Below, piece by piece: positions 43,332 to 52,126 of a stretch of DNA of 64,000 nt; position 1 is the stretch's first letter; each line of letters starts with the position of its first letter. Source of the DNA: Akkermansia sp. (GTDB lineage Bacteria > Verrucomicrobiota > Verrucomicrobiia > Verrucomicrobiales > Akkermansiaceae); NCBI GenBank assembly GCA_045616565.1, contig JAZLHB010000144.1, forward strand, positions 18,216 to 82,215. The letters are read 5' to 3'. A program made the position numbers and the translations under genes. The notes under the pieces were generated by a model. The model worked only from the letters and a program-made list of their open reading frames with translations. It had not been told where the DNA came from and made no database searches.

Positions 43332-43745
43332 TCACTCCCGAGCGCGGGCGGGAACAATCTCTACGCCGTGTTTGCGGTAGAACTCCGCCTCCCACACCTA
43401 GTCGTGCTTCGGCCACTTGTACGTGCCGACGTCACCATCCGGGCGGAAGTCCACCAGCGTGATGCGTGCCGCCGGGAACTGCCCGCGCAGCAGACGGTAG
43501 GCCATCCACCCGGTCGTGGGGTGCATCCCGGTGGCCCTGCGGTACTCCGCCAACCAAGTGTGCTCGGAGGCCACCACGTGGTCGGTCAGCAGCAGCATGT
43601 CGTCGAACGCCTCCAGCCCGCCCGCCCCGGGCAGGAACCACTCGCCCCGGCTGCGGGCGTTGCGGCGGCAAAAGGCCACCTTGCGGAGGGGCAAGCCCCG
43701 CGCCTGCGGCGCTTTGGCGTGACAAGGGAAGGCATTAGCGTGCAC
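43332..43745 (-). pseudogene. full-length copy of gene X interrupted by an in-frame TAG
   Basis: ...GEWFLPGAGGLEAFDDMLLLTDHVVASEHTWLAEYRRATGMHPTTGWMAYRLLRGQFPAARITLVDFRPDGDVGTYKWPKHD*VWEAEF.... TAG (plus cta 43398-43400) stands where both other copies have TGG. Confidence 0.65.
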
Positions 43746-43834
43746 CTGCGCAATTCCTGCCCGTCGGCGGTGTGATGCAGCGGCGGCTGCATTTTATCTT
43801 GCCGAACGCACACGTTCCCCTACCATTGTCCGCC

Positions 43835-44335
43835 ATGGACATTACCAATACCCCCCTGCCATACGTGCGCATTCACAGCAGCCTCTACCACGCCCTGCTC
43901 ACCGAAACATCCAACACGGAACGCGGAATCCTCCTGGCCCTTATCTGCTACTGCGCCATGAACCGCAACGGCGGCCGCATTCCAAACTGCCGCAAGTGGT
44001 CTCGCAATATGTGGCAACGCGCCGCCGGTATCGCCAGCAGCGACTGGACAAATAGGGTGCGCGGGCGGGACGCGGTTGGAACGCAGTTGGAGCGTAGTTG
44101 GAACATGGATAGGACGCAGATGGAGCATGCATGTCCCTTTCTTGCATGGGATGGGGATGATTTGCTGGTGCTCGCCTACCCCGCCGATGACGAGCGCAAA
44201 GCCAGCAGCCATGCGCCTTCGCGCAATCCGGCAGCCCCTCGCGCGTACGCGGGGCCGCGCGCGGGCGCGCAAGAAGAGAATAGAAGAGAAATAAAAGAGA
44301 ATAGATTAAAAAACCAATATGCACCCATGTTCTAA
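43835..44335 (+). CDS. phage-like replication/DUF1376-or-DnaD-like protein (tentative)
   Basis: MDITNTPLPYVRIHSSLYHALLTETSNTERGILLALICYCAMNRNGGRIP resembles the N-terminal winged-helix region of prophage replication organisers. Divergent from gene X. Weak call. Confidence 0.35.
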   Translation: MDITNTPLPYVRIHSSLYHALLTETSNTERGILLALICYCAMNRNGGRIPNCRKWSRNMWQRAAGIASSDWTNRVRGRDAVGTQLERSWNMDRTQMEHACPFLAWDGDDLLVLAYPADDERKASSHAPSRNPAAPRAYAGPRAGAQEENRREIKENRLKNQYAPMF

Positions 44336-44825
44336 TTTGACTCTCCAACAACTTGAGGACGCCTTCTATGCTCACGCCGCTGAACTCATCCGCCGCGGAG
44401 AGTGGGCCGACGCCTGGGTGAAGCTCGCCGCCAGGCTCGGGCCCCTTTCCGCAGAGGGGGAGGCCAGATTCCTCAAGGAGCGCGACGAGCGAATCGCCGC
44501 CTTGGCGAGGCCGGAACGCGCGCGTGTGGAATTGCCCAATCTGGATTTGAGAAACCCGGCCTTCAAGCGCGCTTTCGATAGCGTGGACGCCTGGTGCGCC
44601 CCGCCGCTCATCAAGAGAGGCACCCGCAGCGCCCACCTGCTGCTTTTGGCGGGTGGCGTGGGCAACGGCAAAAAGAGCCTGGCATCTTACGCGGCCGCCA
44701 AGCTGAAAAACGGCGGAGTCTGCGCCGCCACCGTGCCGTGGGCAAGTATTACCCGCGCCCATTCCCCACGCGCCGCAGTGCATGAGCTTGCGGGGGAAAG
44801 CGCCGTCCTATCATGGCAGGAATGA
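44319..44825 (+). pseudogene. DnaC/IstB-like helper ATPase, apparently C-terminally truncated
   Basis: Walker A-like LLLAGGVGNGKKSLASYAA at about residue 113, but the ORF stops about 45 aa later, 8 nt before the MITE-like element. The rest of the AAA+ domain is absent. Confidence 0.45.
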
Positions 44826-44833
44826 ACTACGCG

Positions 44834-45133
44834 CACATGTGTCCCAATGATTTTTGGGGACCTATGAATTCATGTGGTGGGGTGGATGGTACGCGAAGCG
44901 AATCTTGGAAGTTTTCGTAATGAGCAACGGGATAGTGGAGCCACCCCGCCTTTCGTCCCCCTCCGCTGCGCTTTGGCGGGACGAGGCGGGGTGGATGACG
45001 TCTCCGGTTGCACATCTCTTGCCGCCTTTACTGATAAAATCTAAAGAGGGGGGCTTCAATTTTGGGCGATTTTCCTAACGATTACCCATCATCTCATTGC
45101 AAAATGTGAATCCATTTATTGGGACACATGTGC
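44834..45133. mobile_element. 300-bp deletion derivative of the MITE-like element
   Basis: Same termini (CACATGTGTCCCAAT ... ATTGGGACACATGTG). The left ~115 bp and right ~110 bp are near-identical to the 21184-21779 copy, but the central palindrome is missing. No flanking direct repeat. Confidence 0.8.
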
Positions 45134-45162
45134 TTGCAGCGCGGGGGTGGTCTCATTTGTCT

Positions 45163-45189
45163 TGAAACTTGCGCGGGGAAGCGTATAAT
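45163..45189 (+). promoter_or_regulatory. lysS promoter: TATAAT with TTGAAA 15 nt upstream; 9 nt before ATG
   Basis: Read directly. The spacer is short, so the -35 assignment is uncertain. Confidence 0.4.
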
Positions 45190-45198
45190 ACGCGCGCT

Positions 45199-46686
45199 AT
45201 GAGCGAAAATGAACCTGTACAGACAGCGCCGGGCTCTTCCGAGGAAGAGCTGATTGCCGTGCGCCGCGAGAAGGTGGGCAAAATCCGCGAGCTGGGGGTG
45301 AATCCCTATGGCGGGCGGTTTGACGTGACCACGAATGCGGCGGAAATCAAGGCTCATTTCGAGGAGGGTAAACAGGTGCGCTTCCTGGGCCGCATCACCG
45401 CGCTGCGCGATATGGGAAGAACCCAGTTCTTCACCGTGGCGGATGTGCGCGGTTCCATTCAGTGCATGCTCACCAAGAAGGCCGTGAGCGAGGAGGCCTG
45501 GGCTCTCTGGAAGCTCCTGGAGCGCGGCGACTGGGTGGGTATTTCCGGCGAAACCTTTATCACCAGGACCGGCGAGCCGTCCGTGCGCGTGGATGAGTTC
45601 AAGGTGCTATCCAAGGCCCTGCGCCCCATGCCGGACAAGTTCCATGGCCTGGCGGACCAGGATTTGCGCTACCGCCGCCGCCACCTGGACCTGATGAGCA
45701 ACGCGGAGAGCGCCAAGCGCTTTGTGCAGCGTTCCCTCATTGTGCAGGAAATCCGCAATTTCCTGCAGGAGCGCGGGTTCCTGGAGGTGGAGACACCCAT
45801 GCTGCAGGATATTGCCGGCGGCGCGGCAGCCAAGCCCTTTGAATCCTACTACAACGCGCTCAAGAAGCCGGTGACGCTGCGCATTGCGCCGGAGCTGTAC
45901 CTGAAGCGCCTGATGGTGGGTGGCTTCCCGAAGGTTTTCGAGCTGAACCGCAACTTCCGCAACGAGGGTGTGGACCGCCGCCACAACCCGGAATTCACCG
46001 TGCTTGAGGTGTACGAAGCCGGCGGCGACTACGAGACCATGGCCGAGCTTATCGAGGAGATGGTGACCACCGTGGCAGAGAAGGTTTTCGGCACGCTGAA
46101 GTTTGACCAGTACGACGACGAGGGCAAGCTGCGCTGGACCATCGACCTCACCCGCCCGTGGCGCCGCGCGGACTACGCGGACCTGGTGAAGGAAGTGGCC
46201 GGGGCGGATTGGTTCAGCCTCACGCCGGAGCAGCGCCGCGCCAAGGCGGAGGGAGAGCTGGGCGTGCAGATTGGCGAGGACCTGGACGACGTGGGCGTGA
46301 CCCAGCAGGTGTATGAGAAGCTGGTGGAGGAAAAGCAGGCCAACCCGCTCTTCGTGTGCCATGTGGCGCGCGATTTGGTGCCGCTGGCCAAGGCCAACCC
46401 GGAGAATCCGGAGGTGGTGGATGTGTTTGAGCTGGTGATGAACGGCCAGGAGCTCTGCCCCGGATACTCCGAGCAGAACGACCCCATCGAGCAGCTGGAG
46501 CGTCTCAAGCACCAGGCAGGCGAGGAAACCCAGAAAATCGACTACGACTTTGTGGAGTCCCTGGAGTCCGGCATGCCCAGCGCAGGCGGCATCGGCATCG
46601 GCATAGACCGCCTGTGCATGCTCATGACCGGGGCCTGCTCCATCCGCGATATCATCCTCTTCCCGCAGCTCAAGAACCGCAACTGA
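45199..46686 (+). CDS. lysS: lysine--tRNA ligase (class II)
   Basis: Inner ATG 45199 (MSENEP...). OB-fold N-domain, RYRRRHLDLM, FLEVETPML, FELNRNFRNEG, class II motif 3 GIGIGIDRLCMLMTG. Confidence 0.95.
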   Translation: MSENEPVQTAPGSSEEELIAVRREKVGKIRELGVNPYGGRFDVTTNAAEIKAHFEEGKQVRFLGRITALRDMGRTQFFTVADVRGSIQCMLTKKAVSEEAWALWKLLERGDWVGISGETFITRTGEPSVRVDEFKVLSKALRPMPDKFHGLADQDLRYRRRHLDLMSNAESAKRFVQRSLIVQEIRNFLQERGFLEVETPMLQDIAGGAAAKPFESYYNALKKPVTLRIAPELYLKRLMVGGFPKVFELNRNFRNEGVDRRHNPEFTVLEVYEAGGDYETMAELIEEMVTTVAEKVFGTLKFDQYDDEGKLRWTIDLTRPWRRADYADLVKEVAGADWFSLTPEQRRAKAEGELGVQIGEDLDDVGVTQQVYEKLVEEKQANPLFVCHVARDLVPLAKANPENPEVVDVFELVMNGQELCPGYSEQNDPIEQLERLKHQAGEETQKIDYDFVESLESGMPSAGGIGIGIDRLCMLMTGACSIRDIILFPQLKNRN

Positions 46687-46692
46687 CCTGCC

Positions 46693-47622
46693 ATGAAAAA
46701 CGCCGCTATCCTTCTGGCCGCCCTGGCATGCGGCCTTTGCGCCGCGCAGGAGCAGCAGACCCCCGCGCCCGCGCAGCCCGCACCCCAGGCCCGGCCGGAA
46801 ATCAAGGCCGGCGCCATGTTCCGTGACGCCAAGTGCCACCAGGTGCTCACCTATGTGACCATCAACGGTGTGAAGGCGCTCATGATGCTGGATACCGGGG
46901 CTTCCCACACCGTGCTCAGCAAGAAGTTCGTGGATGCCAAGCTCCCCAACGCGCAGAAGATGGACACCAGCGGCATGCAGTTCAGCAGCGCCAGCTCCCG
47001 CCAGCGCCCGGACCTTTATGTCGTCAAGCTGGACACCGCCGCCACGGCCGGTGAGAAGACCGTCTTTGAGCAGCCCGTGCTCTGCCTGCCGCTGGATGGC
47101 GTGCAGCAGTCCATGGCCTCGCCTATCGATGGCATCCTGGGCATGGATATCCTGGGCTGGCTGCCTTTCACCTTCGACCTGCGCAACGGAGACAACTGCC
47201 ACTGGGGCCTGCCGGATGACGTGGACACCATGGTGCCCATGGAGCCCCTGCAGGTGGACCAGATGCAGCGCCCGCACATGCAGGTGGACACCGGAACCGC
47301 GGAGAAGCCGCATTCCACGGTGCTGCTGCTGGATACCGGCAGCTCTGTGACCTACATGCCGGCAGAGGCGTGGGGCGTGGGCGCATCGGATGCCAAGGCC
47401 ACCGTCGGCGTTTCCGATGTGAACGGTGGCCGTTACATGAGCATAGGGCTGGGCAAGCCCAGGGCTCTCGCCCTCGGCAAGGGGGTGGAGACGCGCCCGC
47501 TCACGCCGCAGCTCCAGCCGGGGCAGGGCGGTGTCATTGGTATCGATGCCTTCACCGGGCTGCGCTTCGTGCACAACCCGCAGCGCAAGGACCCCGCCCG
47601 CTTCTTCCTCATCTCCAAGTGA
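46693..47622 (+). CDS. secreted retropepsin-like aspartic protease with two DTG motifs in one chain
   Basis: Signal peptide. INGVKALMMLDTGASHTVLS and TVLLLDTGSSVTYMP. Confidence 0.65.
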   Translation: MKNAAILLAALACGLCAAQEQQTPAPAQPAPQARPEIKAGAMFRDAKCHQVLTYVTINGVKALMMLDTGASHTVLSKKFVDAKLPNAQKMDTSGMQFSSASSRQRPDLYVVKLDTAATAGEKTVFEQPVLCLPLDGVQQSMASPIDGILGMDILGWLPFTFDLRNGDNCHWGLPDDVDTMVPMEPLQVDQMQRPHMQVDTGTAEKPHSTVLLLDTGSSVTYMPAEAWGVGASDAKATVGVSDVNGGRYMSIGLGKPRALALGKGVETRPLTPQLQPGQGGVIGIDAFTGLRFVHNPQRKDPARFFLISK

Positions 47623-47638
47623 TTTCCCTGCGGATGCC

Positions 47639-48004
47639 ATGAAGCTCGGGCTTTCCATCATCCTGCTCATTGCGAGCAACACCTTCATGACCTTCGCCTG
47701 GTACGGCTTCCTGCGCAATCCCGGCGAAACCCCGGACGCCCCCTGGTGGAAGCTCGTGCTCATGAGCTGGGGGCTTGCCTTCCTGGAGTACTGCTTCATG
47801 GTGCCCGCCAACCACATAGGCCGCGAGTACGGCCTCTCCCTGGCGCAGCTCAAAATCATGCAGGAGGCCATCACCCTCGCCGTTTTCGTGCCCTTCATGA
47901 TTTTCTTCATGGGCGAGCACTGGAAATGGGATTACCTCTGGGCTTTCCTTTGCGTGATGGCCGCCGTTTTCTTTGTCAACCGCCAGGCCCTCATGGCCTC
48001 GTAG
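47639..48004 (+). CDS. small DMT-superfamily membrane protein (DUF486-like)
   Basis: Inner ATG 47639. 121 aa, 4 TM. NTFMTFAWYG...LAQLKIMQEAITLAVF pattern. Confidence 0.55.
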   Translation: MKLGLSIILLIASNTFMTFAWYGFLRNPGETPDAPWWKLVLMSWGLAFLEYCFMVPANHIGREYGLSLAQLKIMQEAITLAVFVPFMIFFMGEHWKWDYLWAFLCVMAAVFFVNRQALMAS

Positions 48005-48033
48005 CGCCCCTGGCGTGCGGGCGCGATATTGTC

Positions 48034-48062
48034 TTGATATGGCGTGCGGGGCAGGGTAGAAT
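48034..48062 (+). promoter_or_regulatory. promoter TTGATA-N17-TAGAAT, 9 nt before ATG 48072
   Basis: Read directly. Confidence 0.55.
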
Positions 48063-48071
48063 GTGGCGCGT

Positions 48072-48641
48072 ATGAAGAGGACACACCGGAATTGGCTTGT
48101 GGCGGCCGCCGCCCTTGCGGCGCTGGCTGCGCCGGCGGCGCACGCCCAGAGCGCAGACATGACGCGCGACCGCGGCGATGTGGTGCGCGTAACGCGGCAG
48201 CCGGACGGCACGCGCTCCGTCTACCAGCGGCAGGTGGGGTGGCACGGCATGCGCTGCTCCACGTATTCGCCGAGCGGCAAGCTGGTGGCGGTGAACGTGT
48301 ACACGGAGGGCAAGTACGGGCACCTGGTGTCCTGCATCATCTACGACCACACGAAGAAGAACATCCTCTACAAGGTGCAGTACGGGTATGACTCCCGCGC
48401 CCGCCTGGTGGAGGAGCGCATGTACGCCGCCCCGGATTTCAAGCAGAAGGATTTGGTGCAGCGCGTCATCTACCGCTACGACAGTAACGGCAACCGCTCC
48501 AAGCCGCTCATCATCTCCCTCAACAAGGGCGGCACCGGGCCCGTGAACGAAATCACCCCCACCATGCGGGATGATGTGAACCGTATCAACCGCGAGGCGC
48601 GCGGCCAGGGAGCACGCGCCCCGCAGACCCCCGCAAGGTGA
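48072..48641 (+). CDS. secreted protein, unknown function
   Basis: MKRTHRNWLVAAAALAALAAPAAHA signal. The track start 48063 (GTG) lies upstream of the predicted transcription start. Confidence 0.55.
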   Translation: MKRTHRNWLVAAAALAALAAPAAHAQSADMTRDRGDVVRVTRQPDGTRSVYQRQVGWHGMRCSTYSPSGKLVAVNVYTEGKYGHLVSCIIYDHTKKNILYKVQYGYDSRARLVEERMYAAPDFKQKDLVQRVIYRYDSNGNRSKPLIISLNKGGTGPVNEITPTMRDDVNRINREARGQGARAPQTPAR

Positions 48642-48642
48642 C

Positions 48643-48945
48643 ATGGAAAGCTATTCCTGGCAGGACCGCGACGAGGCGGGCAACAAGGTGGTGTACGAGG
48701 CGCGCTACTTCGGCGGCTGGTGGCAGCTGGTGTGCGCCCCCAAGGTGGGCCGCGCCCAGAAGGACGAGGTGGAGTTCTCCCCGGTGGAGTTCACCCCGGA
48801 GCTGTGGCAGGCCCTGCGCGACCACCTGTGGGCCAAGTACCAGCGGCGCCGCTGCTCCTGGGATTTGGTGAGCCATATTGACGACATTCTGGCCGGCAAG
48901 GCCACCAACGAGCGCCGCGACCAGCGCGGCGGCAAGAGGAAATGA
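48643..48945 (+). CDS. small protein, unknown function
   Basis: 100-aa ORF tightly packed between neighbours (4-nt overlap with mazG). Confidence 0.45.
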   Translation: MESYSWQDRDEAGNKVVYEARYFGGWWQLVCAPKVGRAQKDEVEFSPVEFTPELWQALRDHLWAKYQRRRCSWDLVSHIDDILAGKATNERRDQRGGKRK

Positions 48946-49763
48946 CCGACGCGGAAATCATCAACTGCCGCGAGCCGGAGCGCCAGCTGGAGCGTGCCGT
49001 GGCTGTCATGCGCCGCTTGCGCATGCCCGGCGGCTGCCCCTGGGATGCCGAGCAGACGCATGAATCCATCATCAGCAACATGCTGGAGGAGTGCTACGAG
49101 TGCATCGACGCCATCCGCGCCAAGGACGCCCCGCACATGCGCGAGGAGCTGGGGGATGTGCTGCTGCAGGTTCTCTTTCACGCGCAGATGGCTTCCGAGA
49201 ACCCGGAGGAAGGGTTCGGCATCAACGAGGTGGCGGGCGAGCTGGCGGAGAAGCTGGTGCGCCGCCATCCCCATGTGTTCGGTGATACGCAGGCCGCAGA
49301 TGCGGATGCCGTGCTGGGTGTGTGGGATGCCGTGAAGCGCTGCGAGCACGATATCGAGGACAAGCCCTACCTGCACGACTGCGGCAAGGGGCTGCCCTCC
49401 ATGCTGCGTGCCTACAAGCTCACCAAGAAGGTGGCCAAGGTCGGTTTCGACTGGCCGGACCACGCCGGCGTGGTGGACAAGATACGCGAGGAGACGGACG
49501 AGGTGGCGGAGACCCTGCCGCTTGCGGACGGCGACCCGCATGTGCAGGAGGAGCTGGGGGATTTGCTCTTCACCATCGTGAACCTGTGCCGCCGCCGCAA
49601 GGTGGACCCGGAGCTGGCGCTGGATGCCGCCAACCGCAAGTTCGAGCGCCGCTTCAACGCGCTGGAAGCCCTTTTGAAGGCGCAGGGGCTCTCCCTGGCG
49701 GATGCCTCAGCGCAGCAGATGGAGCAGGCTTGGCAAAGCGTGAAACGCCAGGAGAGGCCATGA
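48942..49763 (+). CDS. mazG: nucleoside triphosphate pyrophosphohydrolase MazG
   Basis: LRMPGGCPWDAEQTHESI...EECYE...EELGDVLLQV and a second EELGDLLFTIVNL repeat. Confidence 0.9.
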   Translation: MTDAEIINCREPERQLERAVAVMRRLRMPGGCPWDAEQTHESIISNMLEECYECIDAIRAKDAPHMREELGDVLLQVLFHAQMASENPEEGFGINEVAGELAEKLVRRHPHVFGDTQAADADAVLGVWDAVKRCEHDIEDKPYLHDCGKGLPSMLRAYKLTKKVAKVGFDWPDHAGVVDKIREETDEVAETLPLADGDPHVQEELGDLLFTIVNLCRRRKVDPELALDAANRKFERRFNALEALLKAQGLSLADASAQQMEQAWQSVKRQERP

Positions 49764-50719
49764 ACGCGAACCCCCTTCTCCTGCTGCCCTGCGCGCTTCT
49801 GCTGGCCGCCTGTTCCAGCGCTACCAAGGAGAGCGACTCCGAGGCGGAGGCCCGCGCCCGCCACTTCATGATGAAGCAGCAGGAGGCCGCCCAGCACCTC
49901 GGCAATCCGCTTCTCCCGAACGGCGGCGACCCCAACGCCGTCAACTACAACGTCTCCTCCGCAGAAGAGCTGGAGAAGATTGACAACGGCGCGGAGGGCG
50001 AGGTGTATTTCACGGACCCCGACAACCCGGATGCCGATATTGCGGGTATCACGGAGGCCTTTGAGAGCAAGCGCCACGGCAACGGCTGGATGGGAGACTA
50101 CATTGCCGCGCGGCGCTTTGCGCGGCAGGAGGGGCGCCCGCTGCTGATCTGGTTCCATGATTCCGTGCTGAGCCCGCGCAGCGGCGAGCTTGGCGAGCAC
50201 CTGCTGGATTCCCCCGCCTTCAACGCCTGGTGCAAGGACCGCGTGGTGCGCCTCAAGTTCGATTCCGGTATCGCCATTGACGACAAGACCCGCGACAACG
50301 CCAGGTACAGCATCGACACCATCCGCCGCTACGCCCGCCAGTACGGGCTCACCAAGCGCCCGTCCCTGGCCATTGTTTCCCCGCGCGGGGACCTGGTGAT
50401 GGGAATTGACGGCTACACCGGGTTCCTGCAGGAGACGGAGAGCCAGATTAAAGAGGGGATCCACCGCTGCGAGCTGGAGATTCAGGAGGACCGCGCCAAG
50501 CTGGAGGCCAAGGGCTACCGCGAGTGGCACGCCGCCAAGAACGATGCCAAGGTGTTCGCCAAGATTCAGCGCCTGGATGACGAGCACGGCCGCGTGTACC
50601 TCAAGAAGGACGGCGGCCGCGTTTCCCGCACCAAGATTGCCAACCTCTGCCAGGAGGACCAGGCGTTCATCGAGCAGTACCGCCAGCAGCAAAAGGACAA
50701 AAAGGGCAAAAAGCCATGA
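49760..50719 (+). CDS. lipoprotein with thioredoxin-like (non-CxxC) domain
   Basis: Inner ATG 49760 gives the lipobox LLLAACSS. RQEGRPLLIWFHDSVLSPRSGELGEHLLDSPAFNAW resembles a DUF255/thioredoxin-like fold. Confidence 0.45.
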   Translation: MNANPLLLLPCALLLAACSSATKESDSEAEARARHFMMKQQEAAQHLGNPLLPNGGDPNAVNYNVSSAEELEKIDNGAEGEVYFTDPDNPDADIAGITEAFESKRHGNGWMGDYIAARRFARQEGRPLLIWFHDSVLSPRSGELGEHLLDSPAFNAWCKDRVVRLKFDSGIAIDDKTRDNARYSIDTIRRYARQYGLTKRPSLAIVSPRGDLVMGIDGYTGFLQETESQIKEGIHRCELEIQEDRAKLEAKGYREWHAAKNDAKVFAKIQRLDDEHGRVYLKKDGGRVSRTKIANLCQEDQAFIEQYRQQQKDKKGKKP

Positions 50720-51333
50720 ACAAGTCTGATGCCACCAAGGCGCAGATGATGCGCGCCGCCATTGCCCTTTTCACCCTGCGCGGGTATGAGGGCACCGCCG
50801 TGCGCGACATCGCAAACGCCGCCGGCGTCAACATCGGCCTCATCCGCTATCATTTCGGCCACAAGGCGGATTTGTACCGGGACACCCTCGCCTACGTTTC
50901 CTCCCAGTACAACGAGGTTTGCCTGGAGGCCCTGCGCCGCGCCCGCGAGAACGGCGGCGCGGAGGAGGTCATCTGCTCCTGGCTGCTCGCCCCCATCACG
51001 GAGTGGAAGGATGATTCCGTGGCCTCCGGGGAGCAGGTGCTCTGCTTCCTCAACAAGATGGGGTATGAGGACCCCGAGCTGACGCGTGATGTGTACGAAT
51101 CCCACTTTTCCTACGCCTTGCAGGAGTGGCAGGATGCCGTGCGCGCCTTCTTCCCCGGAATCGCGCGCGGGGATTGGCTCTGGTGCCTCACCTGCCTGCG
51201 CGGCATGTATTTCAATATTGTGGCACACAATGATTTCACCCTTTGGGGGCTTCCCCGCATCCAGGGCAGGGAGGCCGCCGTGCGCCGCCTGGCCGCAGAC
51301 ATGGTGCACCTTCTCCACGCCTACACCGCGTGA
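50716..51333 (+). CDS. TetR/AcrR family transcriptional regulator
   Basis: AAIALFTLRGYEGTAVRDIANAAGVNIGLIRYHFGHKADLY (HTH). Confidence 0.85.
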   Translation: MNKSDATKAQMMRAAIALFTLRGYEGTAVRDIANAAGVNIGLIRYHFGHKADLYRDTLAYVSSQYNEVCLEALRRARENGGAEEVICSWLLAPITEWKDDSVASGEQVLCFLNKMGYEDPELTRDVYESHFSYALQEWQDAVRAFFPGIARGDWLWCLTCLRGMYFNIVAHNDFTLWGLPRIQGREAAVRRLAADMVHLLHAYTA

Positions 51334-51345
51334 CGAAAAAACGGC

Positions 51346-51374
51346 TTGCCAGAACCGCGCCCCTGGGCTAGGAT
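51346..51374 (+). promoter_or_regulatory. promoter TTGCCA-N17-TAGGAT, 8 nt before ATG 51383
   Basis: Read directly. Confidence 0.5.
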
Positions 51375-51382
51375 GGGGCCGT

Positions 51383-52117
51383 ATGAAACTGAGCCTCGCG
51401 ATATTGGCCCTTTGCGTCTTCCTGCTGCCTTCCTGCAAGCACAAGGCGTTCCTGGTTTCCACGCCCACATACCTGCAGGCGGATTCCCCCAGCGACCCGC
51501 CGGGGCTGCGTGCCTCGCGTGCCGCTGAGCGCGCCAAGCGTGTGAAGGACGGCGTCTACAAGCCCGGTGAGGAGCTGGAAGTGCAGGGCGGCAGGGTATT
51601 CGTCTTCCGCCGCAACCCGGATATCGACAAGGAGACCAGCGGCGCCATGGTGAGCGCCCAGAAGGCCAAGATTGTTGTTTGCGAAGGCATGTACTACTAC
51701 GCCGAGCTCAGCGACGGCAGCAAGGGCTATGTGCGCGAGACGGATTTGGTGAACCCCCAGCGCCTGATGCAGCGCGGCCTGCTCCCGGACCCCAACATGG
51801 GGGCCCTGCCGCCCGGGGATGCGGGCGGTGTGCTCTTCCCGGAGGAATCCGTGGTGCAGGGCCAGCCTATTGAGCTGGATGCCAACCAGAAGCTCATGAC
51901 CAATTCCGCCGGACGCACCGTGATGGTGGTCAACAAGACTTCCGAGAAGACCGATGAGTTCGAGGCCCGCAAGAAGGCCATGATGGGCGGCGGTGAACAC
52001 AAGACGCTGGACGACGTTCCCAAGCCGGAGATGGAGGCACCCGCGCCCAGCTCCACGCTGCCTGCCGCAGACGATATCCCCGATCTGCCGGAGCCCACAG
52101 CAGCCCCGGCGGAGTAA
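51383..52117 (+). CDS. lipoprotein with SH3-like domain
   Basis: Lipobox LLPSC. AKIVVCEGMYYYAELSDGSKGYVRETDL resembles a bacterial SH3. Pro-rich tail. Confidence 0.5.
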   Translation: MKLSLAILALCVFLLPSCKHKAFLVSTPTYLQADSPSDPPGLRASRAAERAKRVKDGVYKPGEELEVQGGRVFVFRRNPDIDKETSGAMVSAQKAKIVVCEGMYYYAELSDGSKGYVRETDLVNPQRLMQRGLLPDPNMGALPPGDAGGVLFPEESVVQGQPIELDANQKLMTNSAGRTVMVVNKTSEKTDEFEARKKAMMGGGEHKTLDDVPKPEMEAPAPSSTLPAADDIPDLPEPTAAPAE

Positions 52118-52126
52118 CGCCGCTGC

